DNA of 64,000 nucleotides from an uncultured delta proteobacterium (lineage in GTDB: Bacteria > Desulfobacterota > Desulfobacteria > Desulfobacterales > JAFDCJ01): NCBI GenBank assembly GCA_963769935.1, contig CAVYNY010000034.1, forward strand, positions 64,001 to 128,000. Reading direction: 5' to 3'. Shown piece by piece: positions 30,981 to 41,058 of the stretch (position 1 is the stretch's first letter; every line of letters starts with the position of its first letter). The notes below the pieces were generated by a model. That model searched no databases. It was not told the origin of the DNA and saw only the letters and a program-made list of their open reading frames with translations. A program made the position numbers and the translations under genes.

Positions 30981-31922
30981 TTAAGCGCTTGAAATAATTT
31001 TCTGAAACTCTGCCAGAGAAATGTTGCCGCCGCTGATGATTGCAGCAGATGGGCTTGACGGATTTTCGCCAAGCATTGCCGCCAGCGGCGCCGCACCTCC
31101 CGGTTCTGTAATTACGCGGAATTCATCATAAAGAATCTTCATGGCTCGGACGATATCTGTTTCCGAGACGGTTGCCACTTTTGCCAGGTTCTGATACAAG
31201 TAGGCAAAGACTTCCGGATCCGGTTCCATGAGCGTGAGGGCATCGGCGATAGTTTCCATTGATTCCAGCCGCACCGGCCGGCCTTTTTCAAAACTCCGGC
31301 AAAAGGCTGCCGCCTTTTCAGCTTCTACGCCGATGGGGTCAACTGAGAGGCCGTGCTCCCGGATGTAGCGGCAGATGCCCGAGGCCAAGCCACCCCCGCC
31401 GATTGGGATGAAAATTTGTTTGACTTTCGGGTTCTCCTCCAGGACTTCCCGGGCGATGGTCGCGTTGCCTTCGAGAAATGACCGGGTTTTATGGGGATGA
31501 ACAAATAAAATGCCCCGATCCTTTGCCAGCTTAAATGCGTGCTCCAGGGCGTCGTCTCCCACTTTCCCCTTTAAAATAACCTCAGCCCCGATTCGCTTGG
31601 TGGCCTCAAGTTTTGTGGTCGAAACCGTCTCCGGCATGACGACCGCCACGGGATATTTGAAAAGCCTGCCGGCATATGCCAGGCCGGTGGCCGTGTTACC
31701 CATGGAAGCGGTGATCACCCCCTGTTTGTTGCCCTCAGCTTCCAAGGCCAAAAGCGTTGCAAGCGAACCTCGAATTTTAAAGGAACCACCCACCTGGCAG
31801 CATTCGAGCTTGCAGAAAAGGTTCTCGCTTTCTGCCAGGGTAAGTAAAGGGGTTCGGCGCACGTGCCGCTTAAAAACGGGATTGTCCGAAAGCCTCATGC
31901 TGCTCCTCCGCGCTATTGCCAT
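30981..31922 (-). CDS. PLP-dependent threonine/serine dehydratase-like (no regulatory domain)
   Basis: RTPL, KLE..Q.GGSFKIRG, ASMGN, PIGGGGL, IISGGN. Confidence 0.85.
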   Translation of the reverse strand: MAIARRSSMRLSDNPVFKRHVRRTPLLTLAESENLFCKLECCQVGGSFKIRGSLATLLALEAEGNKQGVITASMGNTATGLAYAGRLFKYPVAVVMPETVSTTKLEATKRIGAEVILKGKVGDDALEHAFKLAKDRGILFVHPHKTRSFLEGNATIAREVLEENPKVKQIFIPIGGGGLASGICRYIREHGLSVDPIGVEAEKAAAFCRSFEKGRPVRLESMETIADALTLMEPDPEVFAYLYQNLAKVATVSETDIVRAMKILYDEFRVITEPGGAAPLAAMLGENPSSPSAAIISGGNISLAEFQKIISSA

Positions 31923-32881
31923 ACGCCGTCTTCACGATGGATCTCATCCAGGAGGGTCTTTAGCCGGATCTGTTTCTTGAGCCTTGCGCGGTCGTCCTGG
32001 GCCACCTGCTCGTGACTTTCGTAATTAAAGACGCCTTTCAGAGTCCTGGTTCCAAAAGAACCCTCTTTAAATTTTTTTTCGACGAATTCGGGGCACTCGA
32101 GATCCGGACGATTTAACTCCCGGGATACCGACCGGCCGGCGTGATAAAGAATTTCCAGTCCTCCCACATCAATGAACTCCAGAATTCCCATAACCGGAAA
32201 ACGGTAGCCCCAGCCAAATTTAATCGCCTTATCGATATCTTCCGCTGAAGCCACACCTTCCTCCATCAACCGAACGGCTTCATTCATGACACCCAACTGC
32301 AATCTTGAGATAACAAAACCCGGGCTGGATTTGCAGATAATGGGCATATGGCCTACAGTTCTTAAAAAAGTCAAAAGCTTATCCACCAGTCCCGGTCGGA
32401 CTGCCGGATGCGGTACGACTTCCAGAAAAGGGAGCAGATAGGGCGGGTTCATGAAGTGGGTGACGATGATGCTCAGGGGGGGATCGAGGGCTCCGGACAA
32501 CTCTTCGACCGTAAAGGTAGATGTCATGGAGCAGATCAGGGTTTCAGGTCCGACGGATTCGCTCAGTTTAGCAAAAGCAGCATGCTTTAGCGGGATTTCC
32601 TCGGGGAGACCTTCGAAGATTACATCATAAATCCCGGCCGACGGCTTGTCCAAATAGGCGGGAAATTGGAAGGATTCAATATTCCCATTCAATAATTTGA
32701 TGACTTTTTCGCATTCCTGTCTCAGCCCGTTTTCATATTGTCTCCGCTGACTTGTGGGACGGGCCTTCAAATCGATCATGTCAACTTCAAGCCCTTTCAG
32801 AGCGAAATCATTGGCCAGTCCTATGGACATCCGGCCCATACCCAGGATGCCGATCTTTTTGAACAATATTTCGGGGGTCAT
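31913..32881 (-). CDS. 3-hydroxyacyl-CoA dehydrogenase family protein
   Basis: ILGMGRM, FEGLPEEIPLK, THFMNPPYLLPFLEVV, PGFVISRLQ. Confidence 0.8.
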   Translation of the reverse strand: MTPEILFKKIGILGMGRMSIGLANDFALKGLEVDMIDLKARPTSQRRQYENGLRQECEKVIKLLNGNIESFQFPAYLDKPSAGIYDVIFEGLPEEIPLKHAAFAKLSESVGPETLICSMTSTFTVEELSGALDPPLSIIVTHFMNPPYLLPFLEVVPHPAVRPGLVDKLLTFLRTVGHMPIICKSSPGFVISRLQLGVMNEAVRLMEEGVASAEDIDKAIKFGWGYRFPVMGILEFIDVGGLEILYHAGRSVSRELNRPDLECPEFVEKKFKEGSFGTRTLKGVFNYESHEQVAQDDRARLKKQIRLKTLLDEIHREDGVWQ

Positions 32882-33099
32882 GTCTCCCTCCCTTCCCGGA
32901 AATAAAAGAAGCGGCGTTTACCTCGAACCACCGCCGGAACACCATTTGGTTATAGACGCTGCTCGAAGCAGTGTCAAGCGGCAGTTCTTGCACAATTAAA
33001 CCAGACTTATATGCCGGGCTCGGATTCTTTTCTTCAAATTCTGATTCAAATGTTGTATAAAGGGATTCCACTATTGATTGAATAAAGGATAATCAACCC

Positions 33100-33378
33100 A
33101 TGTACAAACTAAAAGTCACTGCGGAAAGAATCGACGGATATTGCAACCAGCCCATACTGGTGGGAGACAGTTTTGTGCTGGACGGCGGTAAGATAACGAT
33201 TCCAGAGGGCAAGCACATCTGCATGTGGGCCCTGCAGAGCATGATGCCAATTTTTCCCTTGCTGCAGCGGGTGAAGCCTGAAGAAGGGGACTGGACCGGC
33301 AAGGCCGGCCAGGTTTTCGTCTGCCCGGATCCCAAAGGCAAAGTCCATTACCGCATCGAAAGGATCGAGGAATCATGA
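33100..33378 (+). CDS. Small Cys-containing protein (TIGR04076-like)
   Basis: GYC..VGDSF..ICMWAL..CPDP motif. Confidence 0.7.
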   Translation: MYKLKVTAERIDGYCNQPILVGDSFVLDGGKITIPEGKHICMWALQSMMPIFPLLQRVKPEEGDWTGKAGQVFVCPDPKGKVHYRIERIEES

Positions 33379-33896
33379 TTACCCTGGATTTATCCAAGTG
33401 CTCCGGCTGCAGCCGCTGCGAGGTGCACTGCTCGTTTTTTCATTCCGGCAAAATCGGACGCAGCGGGGCGCGCATCAAAGTCGTTAAAATTGAAGATATC
33501 GGGATTGATTATCCGGTGGTCTGTCAGCAATGCCGGGAGCGCTATTGCACCAAGTGTCCTGAAAAAGCCATTGAAGTCGGAACCCTGGGGCAGGTGATCG
33601 TCTCTCCGACTCTGTGTACGGCCTGCGGCACCTGCGAGATAATGTGTCCGATCGGTGCCATTGAACTGTTTGAGGAGATTCCGCACGTTTGTGATCTTTG
33701 CGGCGGCGATCCGCGCTGTGTCAAGGCCTGTACGCTGGATGCCGTCCAGTATGAGCCGGAAATCAGCGGCGTCTTCAGTTTAAAGGAATTTAAAAAGGGG
33801 AGCCGGGGGCTTGGACCTGAGGAAAAGCGGCTGCGCTATGCGCTGAGCCGTGCCGAATCGCTGCGACAAAAATGGATTTCAGAAAGGAGAGGATAA
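33375..33896 (+). CDS. 4Fe-4S dicluster electron-transfer subunit
   Basis: Four Cys clusters (CSGCSRCEVHC, CQQC..C..CP, CTACGTCEIMCP, CDLCGGDPRCVKAC). Confidence 0.9.
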   Translation: MITLDLSKCSGCSRCEVHCSFFHSGKIGRSGARIKVVKIEDIGIDYPVVCQQCRERYCTKCPEKAIEVGTLGQVIVSPTLCTACGTCEIMCPIGAIELFEEIPHVCDLCGGDPRCVKACTLDAVQYEPEISGVFSLKEFKKGSRGLGPEEKRLRYALSRAESLRQKWISERRG

Positions 33897-35708
33897 ATGC
33901 TGCACGGTTACGGCGGACACATTCTGCGGGTGGATTTGACCTCCGGACGGATTCAGCGGGAAAAAACAGATCCCGCTTATATGCTCGATGTCATCGGCGG
34001 CCGCGGATTGAATTCAACCCGCCTGTATGAAGAATTGAAGCGGGATGTCGACCCCCTTTCCCCGGAAAACATGCTGCTGATCGGTGTCGGTCCCCTGACC
34101 GGCACGCTGATGGCGGCCTCCGCCTTTATGACCATTTCCGGCAAGTCGCCGATGACGGGCATTCTGGGCGATTCGGCGGCCGGCGGCCACTTTGGGGCTG
34201 AAATCAAACAGGCCGGCTACGACCAGATTGTGATGACCGGCCGCAGCGCCGCACCCTGCTATCTTTTGATTGCCGATGGGCAAGTTGAAATTCGGGATGC
34301 CTCCCAACTGTGGGGCCGGGATATCTGGCAGACGACTTCCGCCATCCGCCGCGAGCTCAATGACAACGCCGTTCAGGTCGCCGCTATCGGCCCGGCTGGT
34401 GAAAACCTGGTCAAATATGCGACGGTGGCCTGCAATAATTCCCGTATGTGCGGCCGCACCGGCATGGGGTGTTTATTCGGTGCCAAGCAATTGAAAGCTG
34501 TGGCCGTGCGGGGCCGGCGACGTCTGACCCTGGCGGACCCGCCGGGTTTTCTCGAACTTTGCCGCGAACTGGATCAGCGCATCATGATCCATCCGGAATA
34601 TGAAAAACGCAAGGCCTTGGGATCCACACTGCTGATGAAAGCCTTGAACGGTATCGGGATTTTACCCACCAACCATTTCCAGCAGGGCCTGTGCGCGTAC
34701 GTGGACCGGGTCAGCGGCGAAGTTCTGGCCGCTAAATACAAGGTCAAAAACAAAGCCTGCTACAACTGCAATCTGCATTGCTCACGCTATTACCTCACCG
34801 ACGAGGTCGAGGCCGAAGGCCCGGAGTTTGAAACCCTTTGCAGCTACACCTCCCGCATCGGAAACGACGACTTGAAATTCGGTCTCAGGATGAACGCCTT
34901 TTTGAATCGCATGGGGATGGATTCCCTCAGCTCCGGCGAGACCATCGGCTGGGCTATGGAGTGCGTTCAAAGGGGGTTGCTTGGCAAAGATGACTTCGAT
35001 GGCCTCGATTTCACCTGGGGCAACCGTGAGACCGTTGAAAAGCTGCTGAATATGATCATCCACCGCGAGGGCATCGGTGACGCCTTTGCGGAAGGCACCC
35101 GCAGCCTGGCCCGGCGCTTCGGCCGGGGCTCCGAGGAGTATGCCTTTCATGTCAAGGGACTGGACATGATTTGCGGCGATCCACGCGGCATCAAAGCCTT
35201 CGGGTTAACTTACGCCATTGCTTCGCGGGGCGGCGATCACCTGCGGGCCGAACCTTTTTTTGAACTGACCGAACGCTATGATGAAGCTGAAAAACGCTGG
35301 GGCATCCGCGAGATAGCCGATCGGTTGGCCGACAAGGGTAAGGCTGTTTTGGTGGAGCACACCGAGCGCCAGGCCCTGCTCACCGACTGCCTGACCATAT
35401 GCAAGAACATCGGCTTGAGCATGGATGTTATGGATTTTGATTTTGCCTCACGGTTGTTGACCGCCGGTACCGGCCTGAAATTTACGCCTCAAAAAGTCGA
35501 TGAAACCTTGAAAGGTGTGATCGACCGGGACCGCAAAATGAATATCGATTTCGGTGTGGAGGCCGACCAGGATACCCTGCCCAAGCGCTTTACCAGCGAA
35601 CCGTTAAAGGAAGGCGCCTCCAAGGGACAGGTGGTGCCGGTTAAGCGCATGGTCAAAGAGTACTACAAGATTAAGGGCTGGAGTGAGAAGGGGGTGCCCA
35701 AAGATTGA
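33897..35708 (+). CDS. Aldehyde:ferredoxin oxidoreductase family (W/Mo-pterin) protein
   Basis: ILRVDLT, GGRG, KSPMTG, IGPAGENLV, GRTGMG, CYNCNLHC, EGPEFET, RGGDHL. Confidence 0.9.
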   Translation: MLHGYGGHILRVDLTSGRIQREKTDPAYMLDVIGGRGLNSTRLYEELKRDVDPLSPENMLLIGVGPLTGTLMAASAFMTISGKSPMTGILGDSAAGGHFGAEIKQAGYDQIVMTGRSAAPCYLLIADGQVEIRDASQLWGRDIWQTTSAIRRELNDNAVQVAAIGPAGENLVKYATVACNNSRMCGRTGMGCLFGAKQLKAVAVRGRRRLTLADPPGFLELCRELDQRIMIHPEYEKRKALGSTLLMKALNGIGILPTNHFQQGLCAYVDRVSGEVLAAKYKVKNKACYNCNLHCSRYYLTDEVEAEGPEFETLCSYTSRIGNDDLKFGLRMNAFLNRMGMDSLSSGETIGWAMECVQRGLLGKDDFDGLDFTWGNRETVEKLLNMIIHREGIGDAFAEGTRSLARRFGRGSEEYAFHVKGLDMICGDPRGIKAFGLTYAIASRGGDHLRAEPFFELTERYDEAEKRWGIREIADRLADKGKAVLVEHTERQALLTDCLTICKNIGLSMDVMDFDFASRLLTAGTGLKFTPQKVDETLKGVIDRDRKMNIDFGVEADQDTLPKRFTSEPLKEGASKGQVVPVKRMVKEYYKIKGWSEKGVPKD

Positions 35709-35722
35709 GCGCGGGCGCTTAA

Positions 35723-35868
35723 TGTGAGTTGTTTGTTGTGTGTTGGTCCGGATAGCGAGGTACGGGGAATAGGCCTAGGCCAAAGCGCAGAGAGCATAGG
35801 GTTAAGCTCATAGCTCGCAGCTGATAGTTCATAGGTTAAAGGACAAAGGTTAAAGATGGCTCATAGCC
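35723..35868. repeat. Degenerate heptamer arrays (GTTGTNT; GCTCATA/GCTGATA/GTTCATA; GGTTAAA)
   Basis: 7-bp periodicity downstream of AOR. A complementary CCTTTNA array lies at 36091-36124. Confidence 0.6.
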
Positions 35869-35932
35869 CTTAGTAATTTGATCGGAAATGCAATGAAGGG
35901 CATGACCAAGAAAGGGGCTAAAAAAGACTAAA

Positions 35933-35964
35933 AGGGGAGCAGCGCAACATGCGCTGCTCCCCTT
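35933..35964. terminator. Hairpin GGGGAGCAGCGCA-ACA-TGCGCTGCTCCCC between convergent genes
   Basis: Perfect 13-bp stem with an A-run on the left (U-run on the minus strand). Confidence 0.75.
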
Positions 35965-36126
35965 ACGATTTTTGCCGACAAGGGTATAGTTAACCAACCT
36001 TAAACGCTGGACCCTTGTCCTCTGTTTTGTCCTGCCATAGTCAGGTTTAAAGCGTGACGAATATGAAAGTCTGAAAGGCGCAGGAAAAGACCTTTCACCT
36101 TTCGCCTTTGACCTTTAACCTTTTAG

Positions 36127-36892
36127 TTATGTTTCCTTCTCAAACTCTATCAGCGAATGGCCGTAGCGATGCGAGGAGAAGTCTGCGCCGCAGGCGGCGA
36201 AATAGCGACTCCAAAACAGTTCGATAGAGTTGAATTTTTTTGAATCAGCTGCGCTGGCGCCGGCCACATAAACCTTGACATCGTTGAGCCTGGGGATGAG
36301 GTTCTGCTTTTGGCGGTCCTTGATAATGCCGGCGATGTATTCATCTGTGATTTTGACCCGGTCAAAATTGTATTCTTTTGAATCCTGGACCATGTCGGAA
36401 AGAAGAATCAGGATTTTTTGACGCTTTTCGCCATGGAAGATATTATCGGCGATATTCAGAGAGTTAATTATCTCTGTTCGCGGCGTGCCGTGTTTGAGAG
36501 ACAGCAGCTTTCTCCATCTCATCTTTAATATCTTTTTTCGTTTTGGTCAGGTTTTGTTCGAAAGCAATGCGGTTGACCCAAATACTTTGTTCCGGAATTT
36601 CAGCATCTACAACCGGCTTGAAATCAATGTAAGACCGGCCGGTGATGGTGCCCACGATAATGCGATCGCCCTGCTGAAGATCTTGATAGATTTTTTCAAA
36701 CGCATTGCGATATACCGTTCGCCGGGCCTGGTTGGTGCTGCCCGACATATCGACAAATACCGTGATCACCCGTGGACCTTTTTTGTCCTTGCCGAACTTC
36801 CACACGGCGTCGCTTTTTCCTTCCACGGAGCTCAATAACATCAGATTGCTGAGAACAATGACACACAAGATTTTTAGACTCCACCGCTTCAT
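36127..36892 (-). CDS. Exported VWA (MIDAS) domain protein (one +1 frameshift at ~36510)
   Basis: Signal peptide MKRWSLKILCVIVL.., VDMSGST (DxSxS), RTEI, LLSDM. GAGGAGG RBS. Joins ORFs 36464-36910 and 36127-36522. Confidence 0.7.
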
Positions 36893-36935
36893 TGGAGTGT
36901 ACCTCCTCAACTCCCGTTAAAGGGCTTGTTGTTTG

Positions 36936-37923
36936 TTATTGGCCGGATGCCTGAATACGCAACTGGGTGGTGGCATCCAGCATTTTTTTCACTTTCTTGG
37001 CATGGTCTTCTTTTTCGAAGGCCAGGATCACCTCATGTTCCCGTTCAAACGATTTGGGTTTCTCATGATCAGGACGTTCACGCTGATTGATTTTGCGATA
37101 GTAATAGATGTTTTCCTGTGTTTGCTGGTGAATCCGGTTGATCTTTTGTTCCTGCTCGGTAACAATTTTATTATACCTGGCCTCGATGGTGCGCATGGCT
37201 TTATTGATCTGGTTGGTTTTGCGGTGCAGATGCTCCAGCAACGGATCTTTATCATGGGCAAAATAGGAGCACAGCGTGGCTGCGGCTGAGAATAACCATA
37301 TTCAGGCCGACGAATGCAGCGCCGATAAATTTACTGCTGCCGAAACTGCCGATCGCACCGGCGGTGTTGAGATCACCCAGGTACTGGACCCGCACGTAGC
37401 CGATGGCCATCAGGCCGCCGATGGTTAACATAAGCAGCGTTCCCACGCCGATGCCGTTCTTCCACCACGGCACGGATCCTCTCTTGATGAGAATTCCCAT
37501 GGCATGGGCGATCCACGGGATGGCTGCGGCCACGCCGAGCGCCATGATCCAGGTAAATATCTGGCTTTCACCAAACACTGAGAAAGCCAGCGAATTCATG
37601 GGAATTTCACCCAGCACAAAAAGAAACATCAAAACATAGTACTTGCCCCTGGACAGCTCCACACTGGGTTCGCTGCGCTCAATTTTTTTGGAGTGGGCAT
37701 CATAGTCCTTGGAGATTCGCTCATATTCCTTGAGCAGGGGTTTGTGCTTGCCGTTGAGGATCTCCAATTGAGGCTCATATTTGGTCATTACCTGCCGGGC
37801 CTCGTTATTGGCCATGGCCATGCATTCCTGCTCGAATTGGGAGAAATTCGGGTCATCTATTCCGGGAATATTATTCTTCGCATCGGTAATAGCGTTTTGT
37901 TGAACTTCTTTCTTGGTGTACAT
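36936..37923 (-). CDS. Uncharacterised membrane protein: coiled-coil, ~4 TM helices, coiled-coil (one +1 frameshift at ~37288)
   Basis: Removing one A restores ..ILAAATLCSYFAHDKDPLLEHL, joining ORFs 37252-37923 and 36936-37241. GGAGGAG RBS. Confidence 0.7.
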
Positions 37924-38095
37924 TACTTGTCTCCTCCCTGGTTAGAAATATGGGCTGCAATTTAAAAGCCTCAAAATTCGGTGCAACCCGATATGCCCTT
38001 AAGACCGGCCCTGATATCGTCATATCATTTACCGCAGATAGCCCGCCGGCATTATGGGCACAACCAAACTCGATAGAAACACATTTCAAATGAAT

Positions 38096-38122
38096 TTATC
38101 GGCACATATGATTTTTCCTTTA
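38096..38122 (-). promoter_or_regulatory. Sigma28 (FliA)-type promoter
   Basis: TAAA-N15-GCCGATAA, an exact consensus match. Confidence 0.7.
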
Positions 38123-38194
38123 GAAAATTAAAAAGATTGATTTGAAATGTTTAAAAAAAAGTTATAGGTAATATCAAAAAAGGGGGGGGCTATT

Positions 38195-39577
38195 ATGAGA
38201 AATGGGGTCGAGGAAATCTCACGGAAGATTTTGGACACCTATCGGGGAAAAACACCCGGTTCGCAGACCCACCAGGAAAAGGCCGCCAGGTATCTGCCCG
38301 GCGGCGACACCCGGGCGGCGACCTATTTTGCGCCTTATCCTGTTTATATGGAAAGAGGCCGGGGATGCTATCTTTACGATGTCGATGGCAATGAGTATCT
38401 CGACATGCTGGGCAATTACACCTCACTCATACACGGGCATGCTTTTCCGGCGATTGTCGAAGCCATCAGGGAGCAGGCCGTCGATGGAACAGTCTTCGGT
38501 TCGGCCGGCGCCATCCAGTATCAGCATGCCGAACATCTTTGCCGCCGTATTCCGGGCCATGGATATGATCCGCTACTGCAATTCGGGAACCGAAGCCACT
38601 CTGTTCGTCATACGGGCGGCCCGCGCGTTTACCGGCAGAGATGGCATTATCAAAATGGACGGCGGGTACCACGGCGGCCACGACCTGGCGGAGGTCAACA
38701 TTTTGCCGGATATCGAAACCGATGGTTCTCCCAGGGCGTCCGTCCGTGCCGGAGTTCCGGCCAGCGTGCTGCAGGAGGTTCGAGTCGTCCCCTTTAACGA
38801 TTTGGCGGCGGTCGCCTCGCTTCTAGAAACTGACGCCGACCGGATTGCGGCCATCATTGTGGAGCCGGTTCTCGGTGCCGGCGGCGTAATTCCGCCTCAA
38901 AAAGGCTATCTTGCAGGCTTGCGTGAGCTGACCGATCGTTTCGGAGTGCTGTTGATATTTGACGAAGTAATCACCCTCCGGCTGAGCACCGGCGGCATGC
39001 AGAAGCTGAGCGGTGTGACGCCGGACCTGACGAGCCTCGGCAAAATTATCGGCGGCGGTCTGCCGGTGGGCGCCTTCGGGGGCAGGGCGGACATCATGGG
39101 CCGTTTCGATCCGGCTCACCCGCAGGCCATCTTCCATTCCGGCACCTTTAATGCAGCCAACCTGGTGATGGCCGCCGGGCTGAGTGCGCTTTAAAAGCCC
39201 TCGACAAGGCGGCCATTGATCGGATCAACGCTTTGGGCGAGCGGTTAAAAGAAGGCTTCAGCGACGCTTTCAAACAGGCCGGTTTGCGAGGGCAGGTCAC
39301 CGGCATCGGATCCCTGAATCAGATTCACTGGTGTGACGGGCCCCTTAACAATGCCCGCGAAACCGGTCGCGCATTGGCAGCCGCCGGGGAATTGCCGGGT
39401 TTGCTGCACCTGGCAATGATGAATCGTGGAATATATTCCGCCAAGCGGGGAATGTTTGTCATTTCCACCCCCATGACCGATAACGAGATCGACAAGGCGA
39501 CGGCGGCCTTCGCAGAAGCACTGAATATGCTCACGCCCTATATTGCTGCCAGGTTCCCGCAGCTGGTTGCTGAATGA
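38195..39577 (+). CDS. Class III aminotransferase, glutamate-1-semialdehyde aminomutase-like (frameshifts at ~38555 and ~39192)
   Basis: DVDGNEYLD, NSGTEAT, GGYHG, LIFDEVIT, LGKIIGGGLPVGAFGG, HSGTFN. Confidence 0.85.
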
Positions 39578-39671
39578 TGGCCCCGTAAAAAGTCTTCAAA
39601 CCGACCTGCCGGACCTGATCCCGTATCCAGAACGTATTGATTTTACTGGATTCCGACCTTCGCCGGGACGA

Positions 39672-40985
39672 CTAAAGACTCAGCCGTCCGGTATTCCAGA
39701 GCGCAACCGCACTGTAGGTTCTCGCCCAGAAATCGGCTTTTTCTTCGGCCGGATACCTGAAAAAATCCTGGGTCCAGTTGAAAGAAGGATTTTGGTACAT
39801 GTCCCGCAAAACATTGGCAATATGCTTGGGCTTCCAGTTGGCGTGGATCAGAAAATCATAAACAAATCCCATTAATTTCTGAGGTTGAAGCGCCGCGGGA
39901 TTGGGATGGTGCAGGATGTCCTTCGTCCAGTCGGGGAGGTTTTCCTCTCGGCGGGCACTCTCCAGGGCATATCCCCGAGCCATATCCGGCTGGCTTTCAA
40001 AATCCCGGTGAAACCGGTAGAGATCGGATGATTCGTATTCCCCGATAAAATCGATTAACGTTTCATTGGAGCAGGGGATGTAACCCGAAAACCGCTGGGC
40101 GTGGCGGGCGGCTTTCTCCAGATCCCACATGCAATCCAGGATTAGATCCAGATCGGTTTCCTCGTCGGCAACCCGGCCGTCAAAGTAGGTCCCGACGACA
40201 TCGACCAGGGGTGGCTGATGATATTGACCGTGTTTTTCCTGATTTTTTTTGTGCAGGCTGAAAGGGCTTCGAATGCAACGCATAAATGGAGAGCCTTCAC
40301 TCCAGGAGTTGTCGAAATTGATGCAGCGATCATAGCTGTCGGCAATCGAAACGGGCAATAACCCCTTGGAATTATTATCCTGAAACCTTTTCATGGTGAG
40401 CAGGGAGATATATTCCGCCAGCTTGGTAAGCCCGCTGAACACCGCGGCGGCATCCAGCGACACGCCGTACCATCGTCTGATGTCATGGGGATCGACAAAT
40501 CTGCAGGCCTTAATCAGATCTTCTTCCAGATAACCGATTTGCTTCAACCTGTCCGTTGCCCGATATCCCAGGAGGTTCTGAAACAGGATATGGCCGCCGG
40601 AGGGCGTGTAGTCCAACAGGTAGGGAATCCCCCTGGAACGTAAGAGATCTTCTAAAAAGCCGATGACGGAAAAGATCTGTTTGAAATAGGTCCGTTGGCT
40701 GGCCTTATCCACGTACAACTTGTGGTTTTCGCCGGCCATGAAAATTTCGAAGTCCAGCGGCATGAGCACGGACTGAGACTTTTGCCCGATAACCGGAATA
40801 TGGACCTGGAGACCTCTTTGGGCGGTGAGCTTTTCGAGCCGATCAACCGGCTCTGCAATTGCAGGAAAAATCGGATCTCGTGCCTCGCCGGCAAGTTCAT
40901 TTCCGGCTGCGATGAGAAAGTGGCTGAATTGATAACAATTTTTTAAGCGGTCAATCACCCGCTGATAATATTCTTGGGCATTCAT
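39672..40985 (-). CDS. Hypothetical protein with archaeo-eukaryotic primase (AEP/PrimPol)-like motifs
   Basis: LMPLDFE (motif I DxE), DYTPSGGHIL (motif II His), INFD (motif III), IRSPFSLH. Confidence 0.55.
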   Translation of the reverse strand: MNAQEYYQRVIDRLKNCYQFSHFLIAAGNELAGEARDPIFPAIAEPVDRLEKLTAQRGLQVHIPVIGQKSQSVLMPLDFEIFMAGENHKLYVDKASQRTYFKQIFSVIGFLEDLLRSRGIPYLLDYTPSGGHILFQNLLGYRATDRLKQIGYLEEDLIKACRFVDPHDIRRWYGVSLDAAAVFSGLTKLAEYISLLTMKRFQDNNSKGLLPVSIADSYDRCINFDNSWSEGSPFMRCIRSPFSLHKKNQEKHGQYHQPPLVDVVGTYFDGRVADEETDLDLILDCMWDLEKAARHAQRFSGYIPCSNETLIDFIGEYESSDLYRFHRDFESQPDMARGYALESARREENLPDWTKDILHHPNPAALQPQKLMGFVYDFLIHANWKPKHIANVLRDMYQNPSFNWTQDFFRYPAEEKADFWARTYSAVALWNTGRLSL

Positions 40986-41058
40986 AAATTCCCTTTCTTT
41001 GCAAGACAGCTTCCCGGAACCTGTGGTGCAGCGTATCCTTCATCATCAAGGGTTGGCT

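Noticed and set aside
33897..35708. AOR as BamB (class II benzoyl-CoA reductase) partnering the Hdr module
   Set aside because: The sequence looks like a generic AOR, lies ~18 kb from the Hdr genes and sits in a different operon. Only a phylogeny could support it.
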